From NCBI GenBank assembly GCA_013265495.1, contig MU057887.1, positions 1,811,985-1,875,984 of the forward strand: DNA of 64,000 nucleotides, read 5' to 3'. This document shows positions 35,460 to 48,339 of the stretch, one piece after another. This DNA comes from Vicugna vicugna (lineage: Eukaryota). Positions within the stretch are counted from its first letter, which is position 1. Each line of letters opens with the position of its first letter. The position numbers were made by a program, and so were the translations under genes. Under the pieces are notes generated by a model, which saw only the letters and a program-made list of their open reading frames with translations, was not told the origin of the DNA and made no database searches.

Positions 35460-35899
35460 GTGTTTCCCTGGGGAGGGAGGGAGGGAGGCAGGGCAGGAGG
35501 GGCAGGGACTGACCTGGCTGCTATCTTGGTTTCAAGACCACAGTCTGTGTGTCAGGTTCCACCTGTTTCCCAGCTGCGCTCAGGTGGACGGTGCCGAGCG
35601 CGGCTGGAACTCTGCTCTGCGAGGTGGTTTCCTGGCACAGGGCGTGTTAGGGTTCTCATGCCTCAGTTTGATCAGTGACGGTGCTAATGGAACATAAGCC
35701 TCCTGTGTGCTGGGCCCTCTGCTAGGCACCGGGGGTGTGACCTGGATCTGCCACAGCTGTGGCCCCACAGATGGGCTGAGGGTGGCTGCTCGTGGGACTA
35801 GCTGGCTTCCAGCAGCAAAGTTGGAGCCGAGGGCCTACTTTCAGGACCATCTTGGAAGTTGTTCTGTTTACTCTTTTATCTGTTCCTCCTCCTGCCTGC

Positions 35900-36100
35900 C
35901 CCTGCACCCGCCCACGCATCTGTCCACCCACACACTCATCTGCCCACTCACCCATCCACCCACCCACGTATCTATCCACCCACCCACTCTCCATCCATCC
36001 ACCCACCCATCTGCCCACCCACTCATCTATCCACCTACTCTCCTTCCATCCACCCTTCCATCCATCCATCTGCCCGCCCACGCCCTCACCCGCCCACTCA
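35900..36100. repeat. Degenerate (CCAT/CCAC)n simple repeat
   Basis: cccatccacccacccacg...ccatccatccacccacccatc, about 200 nt. Confidence 0.9.
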
Positions 36101-39100
36101 CGACTCTACCTGTACTGGGACACACGCTTTGCTGCAGTTAGTCGAACACCATGAAGTTCCGGAGGCCTCCTGGGCCATCTCTCTTGAGCGTCTGCCCTCA
36201 AGGAACCGAGTCACATGGTAAAATCGTGACAGGCCCTGAGGACAACCGGCCTGTGGAGACGTTTTAAGGAGCCACACAGCTCCCCAGAACGTGGCTCCGG
36301 GAGGACCTCGTCTGGAAACCAGGCTCCGTTCCCCAGGGAGCGCGCCATGCCTGAGGATCAGGACCTAGGAGCCACCTCTCTCCCCACCCCCCACACCTTG
36401 TCCCAGCTGAGCCTGGCGGCGTCCCCTCCGTCACTGAGGACCTTGTGGAGGGGACGGGGGGGTCAGGGGAGAATCTCCTCTGTAGACACCTCAGTGAATT
36501 GATGAAGACCGAAGGAAACTTTTGCCCCTACAAGTCCATAAACCTCAGGTGCAGAGTTCTTGGCAGTGACCCTGTGACATCCCTGAGAACAGAAGGGCAG
36601 TGTCCTAACGGCAGACGGTTTACAGCCGGGTGTTCCCGGGACCAGGAGGCAACAGCCCTGCCGTGCAGGCTGGTTGATTAGTTTTGAGCGGCTTCCAGGA
36701 ATAAGCTTGCGTTTTAAATGCCGCCGCCGGGGCACTTGTTTTGCAGCCTGCGGGGTGCCACCCCCAGGATGCCGTGGACGCCATGCCCGCCCGCGGCGAG
36801 GGAAGCAGGGGGCTTGAATGACGGGGCATGGGTCCCCTTCCCGGCCGCCCTGCCTCAGTGTCCCTCGGCACCCCGTGCTCTCTGACAGCTGCTCTGGCCC
36901 TGCATGTGCGGGAAAGGCCCTGCCCGGACGAGCCTGCCCGGTATCGGTCCCTGAGTCCTGGCAGAGCCCAGGGAGGACGCGTGGGAGACGCGGGAGAGCC
37001 TCACACATCGCGCCTGCCTCCTTTCACACGCGTCCAGCTCCACACCCTCCCCGGCAGATAAACGTGGGGGACTGGGACTCCCCTGTGAGTGAGTAGGCGT
37101 CGTTCTGACTGGGGGCCCTCCCTGGACGGCATCTCCACAGCATCCCATCTGGCCGGCCACCCGGCCCCAAATCCCTCGGAGCAGAGAGGTCCTTGCAGGG
37201 TGAAGCCAGCTCTGATTGCCGGGCCGGGATTTTAAGTGTTCTGCGTGCGCTGATGGCACGTCCCTCGGCCGTGCGCAGGGCAGGAAGCGGAGGGGCTGGC
37301 TTGATTGGGGTGCGCGGTCAGGCTGGGTTTCAGTGCCCACAGGTGCCTTCTCTCTAGAATTCCTTTTCTGGCAAAGAACTATGAGATTAATTGCAAGGAC
37401 AGCGCCCCTCCCTGAGCCATCAGAGGCCCCTCGGAAGACCACTCTATCGCCGTGTCACCTTCATTTCCCACCTTCGGGAGGGCTGTCACCAGCGAGCTGG
37501 CCAGCTTGGCATCTGGCCGTCCATCCCAGCCAGCTGTCACCGGCCTTCTATTTTTAGGCCTGGTTTGGTCCAGAACTTGACAAGATTTTCAAACTAATAA
37601 CTAGATTGTCAAAGAAATCAGCTGTCACAGGACAGCCTGGGAGGCAGAGGGGAGGGAGGAGGTGGGAGATCGCTGGGGGGGGGCCACCGCGCAGCCGCCG
37701 CACGTGAGACGAGAGATGCTGGGGTCGGAGCCTGGTGCGTCCGCAGGGACGAATGTGGCGCGTTGGGCCCCTGAGCGCGGGTCCGCCCAGGTGGGAGCTG
37801 CCGCCGGCGGGGCCGAGCTCCGTGGGGCCGTCTCCACGCTGCTGCGCCGCAGGCTGTGCTCAGCGTTCTTTGATCCACTGACTGAGGGACCTCAGGTGTG
37901 ACAGAATCCCAGTTAAAAATAAGGGAGATGAGAAGGTTTTCACAGGCAGCGTTCACGCTCGGGCCTCGTGGCCCCTCCTGTGGCGTGGTGCCGACACCGA
38001 GGAGCAGGAGCGGGATGGGGTCTCGGTTTATTATCCCCTTGCCGCTCCGGTAGCATCACAGGGCTCCTCCCGCCCCAGCCAGCTCCCTGCTGGCTTGCCC
38101 TCGGCAGCTGGAGCCGGAGGGCTGACGGGCAGGGGCCCCAGCTGGGACCAGGTCGGAGCCTCGGCTGTCTGACCACCAGTCCAGGGCTGCGGGGCTCCAG
38201 TGAGTTGTCCTTCTAAGTTTCGGGGGGAGAGTGGGGATGCATTTGAGGGGGACCGTCCCATCTGAGCCCATGGCCGCTCAGAGAGGCAGGGTCCTACAGA
38301 GGCCAGGTTCAGGGCTCAGGAGGGAGGCCCTGGGGCGCCGCAGCCCTCCCGTTGCCGGGGTCGGCTGAGCTGTCCCTAGGCCTTCAGCGGCCTGGGCGGG
38401 GGCGGGGGCCCTGCCGCGTGGGCCCGACCAGCACGTGCGCTCGCAGAGGGAGGGTGTTGGCCCCGAGCGCAGGGCGGGTGCGGCCGCTTTGTGTGCCCCC
38501 CACACTCGCCGTCTCAGGTCCCTGGTGGGCAGGGCCACGGCCGCAGCGGGGACGGTGGCAGTGGTGGTGGAGCTCCCGCGTGCTGGGCGTCACGCCGGGC
38601 CCGTGTGGGCCGGGTCCTCTGGTCCCCGACACACTCTGGAAGGAGCAGCCCATCAGCTCTGAGGAGGCATCGGGGACACGCCCAGGGCCCCCAGGTGTGA
38701 ACGGGGGGACAGCGACGACGACGGCGGTGGACAGTGGGCTTCCGGTGCACCCAGCACGGCTCTGAGTCATGGACCCTCAGACCCTCCCAGCCTGGAGGTC
38801 TCTCCTGGGACTGTGCCCGCCTCGCAGGCAAGGGCCCTGGCTTCCCGGGCTCCCGGCCGCCCGGGCTCCGACCTCACGTCTGCTGCATGGGCGCTGAGCC
38901 CCCCAGGCCGGGCCTCCAGGCACCCTGGCCTGCTCCCCGAGCGTCCCTGCAGCCTCCCCAGGTGGCCAGGGCACCTCAGGGGTAGGTGTGCTGTCGAGCT
39001 GCACAAATTGACCATCGGGACGTAGTGGGTAAGTTAATTAGACCAGTTAGGCCTGCCGCCTGCCCGTGCGTCAGCGCAGGGGCTGCTGTTTCTTCTCAGT

Positions 39101-40639
39101 TAAAGGAGAAGTAACGAGTGGTCACGTGGGCCTCGGGCCCCGTCGCCCGTCAGTGCACTCCTGACCCCGGTGCACTATCTGCCCCTTGTGCGGAGGAGCT
39201 GCCGCTGATGGGAGCCTTCTGGTAAGTTCTCTGCCGGAGGGTCTCGCGGAGGGGGGCCTGGTCCGCGCCGTCGGGTGCACTTAGAGCGGTGCTGTCCACG
39301 CAAGGGGAACGCCCACCACGTGGGAGAGCTTAAGCTGAGTGGTAGCCTCACAGAAACGGAGGAAACAGTTGAGGTTCACTTTATATGCTGTGTAAGCCAG
39401 TACCTCTTTCAGCCTGTGACCAACATGAACGTTAAGAAACATTTCACAGGCTTTGGTTCAGACTGAATATCTGAGAACTGCAGTGTGGTCCCACATCTCC
39501 ACGGAGGCCCCGTGGTGGGGGGCCAGCCCAGGCCGGGAGCCACGGGGAGAGCAGCCAGCGGCCGCACGCCCTGCTGTGACCCTGCTCAGAGCTGAGTAGG
39601 GTCTGCCTGATGCCCCGCAACCCTGCACGCGCACCGGCCCCGGGGCGGGGCTGCCTGGTTCCCGCTGCCTGGGGCCCAGAGCGTGGGCCGGCACGGGGCA
39701 CGCCGGCGCCTGGGCCTGGCCTCGCCGAATGAAGGCGCAGCCAGCCAGCGAGAGCCAGCCAGGAGCAGCACTCGGCCTCTGCCCCTCCCCATTCTCCTCT
39801 GCCCCGCCCTGTCTGGGGTCCCGCCTCGCTGTCCCAGCGCTGAACCAGGACAGGGTGCAGGGCGCTTTGTTCCTCCAGCAGACAGACCTGCTCCCTGTCG
39901 TCCAGGGAGGGAGTTGTACGTCCACTGAGGAAGGGGTGTGTTCTTGGGACCTGGAGCTCAGAGTCCCGGGGACCTGGGCGAGGTCCTCCCTCAAGGCACC
40001 TGGGACTTGCCCCCGCACCAGAGGGTTGTGTTGGCTGTCGAGAGGTTTGAAGGAGGCTGCTCTGCAGAGTCCTGTCCGAGGGTCAGGTGTGATCCCTGAC
40101 CTGGGTGGGCGAGGGGCACCTGCCCCGATGCGGCTCGGTCCGGGCGGTCCTGGCACCGAGGCAGATGGAGTGATGGGGCATTTCTGTTTTGTGCACCAAA
40201 CAGCTTGTGCTTAATCAGTAGTTCGGGACCATTTTAAGTTGCACACAGCACCTCCTGTATCAGACATCAGAACTCGAAGATCCGGTCCAAAGATGTTACT
40301 GAAAAGCAGCGTCCTGTCTCATCCCTTGGCCTCCCCTCAAAGTGAGCAGATGGGGCCTGTTCTCGCAGGCTGCCCGCTCGGGGGCCCGTCCGCAGCCCGT
40401 GGAGCCACCCCTGTGGGTATCTCCTCCCTCGAGACGTAGGTGCCGCCCCCTCTGAGTGAACCATCCAGGGAGAATTCCGTCTCCTCGTGAATTTGTTTGC
40501 CAGACGACCTGGCATTTCCCTCGGAAAACGGTTGATTCAGCACCAAATGTTACTGTGGCTGGGACTTCAGCACGGCCACCAACAATGACCGTGTGACAGC
40601 TAAGCAGTGACAGCAGCGGTGACACTCACCTTGTGCTCG

Positions 40640-40830
40640 TTGCATCCTGGCGCCGTCGGGGGGTGCTGTGCACGTACTAACTGCCCCGGGAGGGCGGGCT
40701 ATTACTGCCCCCGTTACAGGTGAGGAAACTGAGGCCCCAAGGGCCACGAGACTTGCGTGGAGGGTCAGTGCGGGGCTGGGGTTTGAACCCTGGCAGGTCA
40801 GCAGCCTTCAAAGGGGTGTGCGCTTTTAGC
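40640..40830 (-). mobile_element. MIR SINE
   Basis: cccccgttacaggtgaggaaactgaggc...ggggtttgaaccctggc, reverse-strand MIR core. Confidence 0.85.
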
Positions 40831-42779
40831 TGACGCCCGGCTGCCTGAGCAGCCATTCGCTGGTCGGCACCGCGGCCCGGGTGCTTCACGTGGGGGACAC
40901 GGGGACCAGTTGATGTCACAGAAGAGACAGACCACCTCATGACATAGGTCAAGACAGCAAGGACACACCTCCGGAGCGCTGTGGGGCCCTGGTGGTGGCG
41001 GGGCCGGGCCGGGACCCGGTTCTCTACGTCCGGCTGTGGTCTTGCTGCCGGGCTCGTGGGAGCCTCTGCAGGGGGCCAACCAGACAGAGAACCCGGGACC
41101 CTGAGCGGGTACCCCGGTCCACTCTCCCGGACGCCCACCTGTCACCATCCCGTCCTTCGTGGGCGGGTGCACACGGGGAGGTCATCATACTTTGCAGGTG
41201 GTAATGTGACTCATCTCTCTGGAAAATGAAACCCTTTTGGCAAGAAGTCCCCAAAGCTGTAACCGTTATTTGCGCTTTAACTTTGGAAGGCTCACCTCGT
41301 GGAACCTGCCCAGAGGTGGAAATCAGTGGCAGGAAGGATTTCATCTCAAAGATATCCCGTGCGGTGATGTTCATGGTGGCCAGCGGGGCGGGAGCTCTGC
41401 CCGCCCCCTCCACCTGCTCGCCTGCCGGCGGGGCTCCCTGTTTCCCGGGGAGGTGCTGGCGGGGCCTCTCTGGGGCACCGCCTGGGAAGGGGCCGGCCAC
41501 GATCCACATGCCCGTGATGTGACGTTCGGCGTCCAGGGGACAGTCAAAGCCAGTCCTCACACTGAGAACAGGGACAGTCGGGATCTGGGCTGCTGCCTTC
41601 AGTGGGGCTGGGGGTGACTGACGTGTGCTTAGGGCTGAGAACTGCCAGCCACAGGCTGTGCAGCGGGGGCGGTGCCACCACTCTGGACCCCCGCTGACCG
41701 CCACAGATAGCTTTTGCCTTTGTGGAAGGACACAGGTGACACAGGCTAGTTAAGGGTGGCAGGAGCCTGGGCGCACTGGGCCATGGCTTGTTGCCGTGGC
41801 AGCGTCTCGTGAACGTGGGGAGAAAAGAAACCAGGGACCTGACTGATCTCGATTCTCTGTGACAGTGGTGTCGCCAGCAAACCTCCCCTTCTTAGATCTG
41901 CTAACGTGGTCACAGCACTGTTTATGGAAAAGTTACGAGTAAAAACTGAATCGCCCTCCCAGTCTGCTGGACCGGGCCCTCGCTGCCCGGGAGAGCGGGT
42001 GCCCTGCGACGTGACCCAGCGCCAGCAGCCTGACCGACGGCCCTTTCCCCGAATGTTTTGTGGTTAGTGCAGAGCAGCTTGAGACTGAGCTGTGCCGAGG
42101 CTCCCGGACCCGAGACGCCTCTGCCCGGCGCGTAAATAAGACAGGCCTCTTTAAAGAAAGAAATCTGTATTTAAGGGCGTGTTTGGCTGTGTTCACCGCC
42201 TCCTGTAAAGGTCACCCAGATAGATTTTTCCTTCTTTAGCATTGCAGGCCGTGGAGCACCGGGCATTTCGATTTTCCCTTTATCCAGTGAACCCAGGGAC
42301 TAAATTAGATTCTGAAATTGAGTGCGCGGTGGAGTCGGCAAGTTACCGTGATGGGAGGGTGTTGCTTCTCACCTTGCAAGGAGCGAGGTCATGATAATAT
42401 GAAGCGAAGTGGATTAAAAATAAAACCAAAGGTATTTATTTACGACCTGCTCAGAATTGGATTGGCACCCGTGTAAGTCGCAGCTAATGGTGAAAGACAG
42501 CAGATTGATGTGAATGTGTCCCCGGGGACATTCTGCCAGGGAAATTTGCTCTGTGAATTCAATTTAAAGGCCCCCAGAAAGTGTCCAAAATGCAAAAGGA
42601 AATGGGACGGAGGAAGGGGAAGCAGGAATAGGGAGGCGACATCGGCAGAGAGGCTTGTGTTCGGGAGCGGGGAGAGGGCCCTGCACCAGGTCGGGGGAGT
42701 GGCCGTGAGGACAGCAGGCCTGGCACAGACAGGGCCGCCGTGTCGCCAAGCGCCAGCTCCCAGGTGGGAGCTGGGACCC

Positions 42780-42920
42780 CTCCTCAGGCCCCGAGGAACT
42801 GGGGTGGTCAGCGGCCGGCCTTGACCATGCAGCCAGGAGGTGGCACTGCCCGGATTCGAGCCCAGGCCTGGCTTCTGGGTCTGTGTCCTGAGTGCCCACA
42901 GCAGCCAGGCTCTGAACCTC
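42780..42920 (-). mobile_element. MIR SINE fragment
   Basis: ccatgcagccaggaggtggcactgcccggattcgagcccaggc matches reverse-strand MIR. Confidence 0.65.
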
Positions 42921-43233
42921 CCGAGCGGGGTGGTGCCTGGACCCTGGGGCCCTGGGAGAGTGCTTACGGGAGGCCGCGGCTGTGACATGCCCGGTGGCAT
43001 GGCCCTCTGCATCCCAGCACACGCGGGCTCCCTCCCGGCTGCAGGGCTTGGGGCCTGTTGGGGTTGCGCTGGGAGGGGACACGATCCATGGGGGCTGGAC
43101 AACCATGGAGCCCCTCTGCTCAGCCCACTGCGGCCTCGGTGTGTTTCTTTGGGGCCCCTGGGCAGGGAGCCCCCCCTCCTACCCACACCCCGCTGGTCAC
43201 CCCCTCTGACCCGGGCTGTCTGTCTCCCCCCAG

Positions 43234-43362
43234 GAGCTGCTACTCTTCCTCCAGAACCTGCCCACGGCCCACTGGGGCGACGAGGACATCAGCCTGCTGC
43301 TGGCCGAGGCCTACCGCCTCAAGTTTGCTTTCGCCGACGCCCCCAATCACTACAAGAAGTGA
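43234..43362 (+). CDS. TBC1D22A: TBC1 domain family member 22A, terminal coding exon including TGA stop
   Basis: Acceptor tgtctcccccCAG, in frame with the previous exon. Translates ELLLFLQNLPTAHWGDEDISLLLAEAYRLKFAFADAPNHYKK*, the recognisable TBC1D22A C-terminus (TBC1D22B ends ...KYMFADAPNHYRR, from memory). 38 of 42 sense codons end in G/C. Confidence 0.97.
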   Translation, partial: ELLLFLQNLPTAHWGDEDISLLLAEAYRLKFAFADAPNHYKK

Positions 43363-43772
43363 GCCCGGGCCGCCACAGCCGGCCTCCCCCGCCCCGGGTG
43401 GCGCGCCCCACCTGCCGGCTGGAGGCCTGCGGCCAGGGAGGGGCCTTGCTGGAGCGACCTGCCGGGACGGGGACGGGGCGCCGGCTGCGGTCCAGGGCCC
43501 GGGGAGGGCTGGGCTGCCTTGTTTTCTGAGATACCAAAGAGAGCTGGAGGGCCCCTGCCGTGCTGCCCCAAGACGGCTGGCGCCTCCTTGCCCCCGCCTG
43601 GAGCCTCCTTGCCAAATGACCCCCTGGTGGAGCCCGGCCCGCGGGCCTCTGGCAGCCGGGTGGGCGGCCGGCCCTCCGGGAGAGGCTGCTGTCTGGGCGC
43701 TGGGGCAGAGCGGGTGGCGTCATCTCACTCTTACTTGGAAAGTGAAAAATTTTATTCTGTTGAATGAGAGAG

Positions 43773-43778
43773 AATAAA
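43773..43778 (+). terminator. Proximal polyadenylation signal AATAAA
   Basis: AATAAA in an AT-rich island about 410 nt after the stop; U-rich upstream (aattttattctgtt) and GU/U-rich downstream sequence. Confidence 0.7.
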
Positions 43779-45088
43779 ACACAAAACAGTAAGCGAAGCA
43801 TTGCACTCCCCTGCGATGTCTGGGCTCTCACCGGCCTCTGCCAGCAGGCGGGTGTCTGTGACCGCCGTCACTTTAGCTTTGCTGTGTACTTGCTTTCTCG
43901 GCTTGCCCTTGGCTCGGAAGCCTCGGGCGAGGGCCTGGGAGGCTCTGACGAGCAGGCGGGGCAGGGCGAGGCCGCTGGAAGTTGCCTTACTTTATATCCA
44001 CCACCTCCGCAAAGAGAGAGCTGGCCGCACGGCGGGAGCTGTCCTGCGGGAGGTGCGGGGCGTCGGGCTCGGCTGGGCCCCCTGGACGGGATGGTCTGGC
44101 CGCAGAGCCGTGAAGGGCTCCTCCACGTCCACTGCCACTGCGGGGCCAGGAGAGGACCCGGCATCTCGGGGCGCCCCTTTCTGCGTCTCGGGGGCCTGAA
44201 GGCAGAATTGCTGCTGCTGCTGTTGGCTGGTCCGCGGGCAGGGAGCCCAGAGCGGAAGGTCCCAGGCGGGCCCTGCCTGAGGCTCTGCGGGCCCGGTCTG
44301 GCTTCCCACACGCTCCCTGCCCGGGCAGAGGAGCACCTGTCACAGACGCGTGGCCGGCAGCGACGTGGACACCCCTCTGGGGCTCTGACCCTGGAGCCCT
44401 GGCCTCAGCGGCCCACTTGCAGGCGTGTCTGCCTCCGCGGGCCAGTCCTCCCGGAGCAGCCGGGCCACTGCCTGTCCTCACACGGCTCAGGCACCAGGAC
44501 GCTGCCTGGAGGCTGCGAGGCCGCGGCTGGGAACGCAGATGCACGTGTGGGATGGGTGTGCGCTCCTTTTTTTAAAAAAGGGTTCTTGGGTGATGAGATG
44601 TGGTGTGGAGATCAGCACAAAACCCCGTGCGAACAGCAGAGGCTCCCAGGCAGCAGAGCAACCCGCTTGCCTTAGACCAGAGCCTGAGCGCCCCCCGCCG
44701 GCTGGTGCCTGCTCTGCTCCCGGCATCAGGGGTCCTGACCCCCCCCCGCCCCCCCCCAGACCCCGGGCCTGTGGCTGCTCCCCCGCCCGGGCGGCCCTTG
44801 CCGGAAAGAGCCGCGGGGTGCAGGCAGCCCCGCCCCGCCCCGCCCCCCGGTAGCCCAGGCTGTCTGCACCGCCAGAACGCTGGGGGCTCAAAGGATGTGC
44901 CTCCAGAGACAGTTTATTTTTCAAATAGGAAGAGTCTGTGAAGTTCACTGAGGCCGAGTGCCTGTTTTCCTGTGTGTGTAAACCTGAAACTGAATGCAGG
45001 GGGTGTTGACGAGGGTCCTTGGGGTCCGAGCCGATCAATCTGAAGTGATTAAGGGTGTTCTGTCTGGAATACAATGTGCTGAACAAGG

Positions 45089-45094
45089 AATAAA
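45089..45094 (+). terminator. Distal polyadenylation signal AATAAA
   Basis: AATAAA at the end of a second AT-richer island (about 44910-45130) with an upstream TGTA at 44977. Confidence 0.65.
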
Positions 45095-46339
45095 GATGCA
45101 GTAAAACCCCCAGCCTCGATCCTTGATTCAAGGACTTCCCTGAAGGGATGGGAGCCGGCCCAGCTGCTCAGTGGCCTTGGCTGTCTGGCCCGGGGATGGG
45201 CGAGAGCTGGGAGCCAGGGGCATGGGCACTGGCCCAGCCCGGCGGCTGCTGCTGGACAGTCCAGGGTCTGGGCCTCTCCACACAGGCCGCCTGCAGCACG
45301 GCAGGCCTGGTGGGGTCAGGGGGGCGGGGGAGGGCAGCCCACCAGGGCCTCACAGGGAGCTGAGGGCACAGGTGGGTATGATCCAGCCTCGACCTGCAGC
45401 CCAAACCCACAGCACCGCCTCGGGGTCAGGATCCAGGCTGGTCCTCAGCTGACCCTCTGCCAGGCCTGGAACAGAAGGGGCCTCCCCATCTGGCCAGTCT
45501 ATCAGACGCCTGCCTGGGGCAGACACCGGGGTCTGCGGCCCATCCTCCCTGCTCCTAGGACCGGGGACAAGACCGTCCGTCCCTGCCTCCCAGCCCTGGA
45601 TGTCCAGCCCCTCCCCTGGCTTTGGGTAGTAGCCGTCCTGTGCAGTGTCTCGCACCAGGAGAGGCCCTGCCCACTGCACCATGGCTGCGAGGGAGCCCGT
45701 GGGGCAGCCGGGCCCCTGAGGCCCGGTGCCAGGGAGAGTGGGGTCCGGGGGTCGGGGCTGGGAGAGGGCTGACGGACTTGTGCTTTTGGAGGGACTGGTG
45801 GGCGGGGAGGGCTCTTGTGCTGGTGCTGACCGTGGACCTGAAACGGGGGGATTCCCTGTGTTTGAACAAGCCGGTCTCCTTGACACGGAGTCGGGGGTGG
45901 GGAGGACGTGCTGCAGGAAGGCGGGTCCTGCCAGGCCGCAGCTCGCCTGGTCCTCCGGCCTGTCCACCTGGAGCCAGGGGTTTCTGCTGGGCCTGCAGCC
46001 CCGTGGGCCGGCCCTCAGGGCTGCTGGTGAGTGGGGTTTGCTCCCAGTGTCAGGCAGCTGCGGCCCTCCCTGAGCTTCCCTGCTCCTGCCCCACCAGCAG
46101 ACCCTCTCCCCACCAACCCTTCTCGTCCCCTTCCCTCCAGCCCCACGGGGTCTGCCCCCCTCAGCTGCAAGGCCTTGTCTCACTCCTCCTGTAGCCTCTC
46201 CCCAGCCCCGTCCCTGGGATGGAGGTGATCTCAACAAGGAAGGAGTGCTCGCAGCCACTCTGCGACCGTGTGACTGTGCTTGAAGCATCCCACTCCTGAG
46301 CCCGTTTCATTGTCAAACTGAGGCTACTCATTCATTTAG

Positions 46340-46790
46340 TTAAAAAAAAATTTGCCCAAGTGAATTCCAGACAAATGGATTCAAGAACTAAACCACCCCC
46401 GAAGATACTCAAAATAGAAATGAATGCAGTGGCGAAGGGCTTTCTGAGCTGGAAGCCAGGGACCAAAACAATAAAGGAGAAGAGATGACACACACCTACC
46501 GTCCGCACCGCGAGAACGTGCCGCAGCGACCAGCAGAGCTCAAAACCTCCGCAGACAAAGACAAATCACACCAAGCCCGGCAAACGGGCCCGCAGCCCGG
46601 GTGGGACAGTCAGGCTTGTTCGCACGCACGGAGGTCTTGGCAGTAAGTCTGGTAATAATAACTCTTGGAAGTAAAAGTGCGCCCAGCGCGGACAATAGGC
46701 TGTTCACAAGAAGAAGAGATACAGTGACTGATAAGATGCCCACATCATTCATAGTTTAAAAAATGCAATCACGAGACTTCTGAGCAGCTG
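46340..46790 (+). mobile_element. Old L1ME-like ORF2 3' fragment
   Basis: aattccag...atggattcaagaactaaa, gaagggctttctgagc and aataggctgttcacaagaagaagagataca match the L1 ORF2 3' region. Confidence 0.65.
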
Positions 46791-46852
46791 ACCCACCCTG
46801 GCTGAGTTTGCAGCAATTGTTAGCAGCAACAGAAAACCACTGCCCTCTTAGT

Positions 46853-47020
46853 CTTTGTGTTTTTTTGATTTATTTTTGTTTGTTTTTTGGTTTTGGGGGG
46901 AAGTAATAACATTATTTATCTGTTTATTTATCTATTTGTTTATTTAATGAGGCACTGGGGATTGAACCCAGGACCTCAGGCATGCTAGGCACATGCTCTA
47001 CCACTGAGCTCCACCCTCCT
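46853..47020 (-). mobile_element. Camelid tRNA-Ala-derived SINE (Vic-1-like)
   Basis: ctggggattgaacccaggacctcaggcatgctaggcacatgctctaccactgagct plus T-rich linker and tail. Confidence 0.93.
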
Positions 47021-47059
47021 AAACTTTGTACTTTTTCTTCCTGAAGATTTGGCAACGAT

Positions 47060-48110
47060 CTTTGTTGTTTTTACTTTAAAATGGTGGCGTAGGGTACTCA
47101 AGGCAGACCACACAACACAAATCGAGCAACAGCGAGTTGTCACAAGGCCAACGGGGCCACCACCTCTGTCAGGAGGCAGCGCTGGCCACACCCCCGGTCT
47201 CCCGGATGCCCCTCCCCAGGGAGGATGCCGCCCTGACCTCTGACACCGCAGTGTGGCTTTGCTCCTTCCTAAACTGTGTCGCCCGAGGGGTCACACAGGA
47301 CAGACCCTTCTGCAAGTCACGTGTCTGTCTGCGAGCCTGTCCGCGTGGCTGGGGAGCCGGGCTTCGGGTTTCTCCCAGTGCCGCCGTTTTCTCACGGATG
47401 CGGGGACCTCAGCGTGTCCTTCCCACTGCAGGTGGACGCTGGGGTTGTTTCCGTTTGGGGCTATTGTAAATACTGCTGCCCTGGACATCTGCATGCAGGT
47501 TCCTTGGCAGACACGTGCCCACAGTTCTGCTGGGTGTTCGCCCAGAAGTGGACGGACGTGACCACATGGCGTCTGTGTCTTCCACTGTAATAGATGACGA
47601 CCAGTTATTGGCCAAAGTGGTTTTCCAATTCACGTGTCCACCTGGGGCTCACGAGGGTTCTTGTTTGCTCCTTGACATCCTCACTGCCAGCTCTCGGTGT
47701 GGTCAGCCTCAGTGGGGCGGGGGCACGTTATCTCCATCCCTGAGTCCTCCCTCCTGCTCAGAGATTTGAGGCGGCCCCTCCCGCATCTCCTGTTCCTGCT
47801 GCAGCTGAAACAGACAGAAAGGCCTGTGAGGACATCTTGTGATGCTAACATCAGAAGCATTTTCTCCTATCATTAAAATTCTTCAGAAACATGACTTTAA
47901 TGACTGCATAATATTCTATTGTATGGATTAACATAATTTGTTTATCCTCTTGCTGTATAACAGGGTTTTTTTTTCCTATTGCAAACGATGCTGATAAACG
48001 TGTGTTTCTGAGCACTTTTCCAGCGTTAGTTTCCGCTAGTGGGATTATTCAGTCGTTGCTGCCCAATGAACGGACGGGTCTGCAAAACGACCACTTCCCT
48101 CCAGTCCAGG
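47060..48110 (-). mobile_element. Old L1ME-like 3' UTR fragments
   Basis: ggtggacgctggggttgtttccgtttggggctattgtaaatactgctgcc and tttaatgactgcataatattctattgtatgga are reverse-strand L1M 3' motifs; probably two fragments. Confidence 0.7.
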
Positions 48111-48194
48111 TGCCCACTCACCTGGCTGACCTGAGAACGTCTTAGAAAATACACGTTTATAAGAAATTATTTAAAAAAAAATTAAGGCTAACTT

Positions 48195-48325
48195 GGGGGA
48201 AAGTATAGCTCAGTGGCAGAGCATGTGCTTAGCATGTGCAAGGTCCTGGGTTCAATCCCCAGCACCTCCATTAAAAATAAACCTAATTACCCTCCCCCAC
48301 CAAAGAAACAAAGAACAAACAAAAA
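48195..48325 (+). mobile_element. Camelid tRNA-Ala-derived SINE (Vic-1-like)
   Basis: gtatagctcagtggcagagcatgtgcttagc...gggttcaatccccagcacctcc and aaacctaattaccctcccc; degenerate TSD attaaggctaactt / gttaaggatgactt. Confidence 0.93.
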
Positions 48326-48339
48326 GTTAAGGATGACTT

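Larger units (their letters stand above)
21418..43233 (+). other. TBC1D22A: Last intron of TBC1D22A (GT-AG, 21,816 nt)
   Basis: GTAAGT donor at 21418 and CAG acceptor ending at 43233 join ...RDFQ to ELLL... in frame with no missing residues. Confidence 0.93.
43363..45115 (+). other. TBC1D22A: TBC1D22A 3' UTR (long form; end approximate)
   Basis: Follows the stop codon; GC-rich with no obvious interspersed repeat. Two AT-richer islands each carry AATAAA. The cleavage position is inferred. Confidence 0.65.

Noticed and set aside
43360..43370. Stop-codon readthrough or selenocysteine recoding at the TGA
   Set aside because: Context is TGA-GCC rather than TGA-CTA(G), no SECIS was recognised, and the protein ends at the expected C-terminus.
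43764..44675. 303-aa ORF downstream of TBC1D22A
   Set aside because: Lies in the GC-rich 3' UTR; Gly/Arg/Pro/Ala-biased with no recognisable domain, as expected by chance at this GC content.
45350..46288. 312-aa minus-strand ORF (and similar 200-290 aa ORFs at 22281, 23792, 33585, 42440, 61071)
   Set aside because: No recognisable homology, mostly non-ATG starts and overlapping ORFs in all frames; stop-codon depletion in GC-rich DNA explains them.
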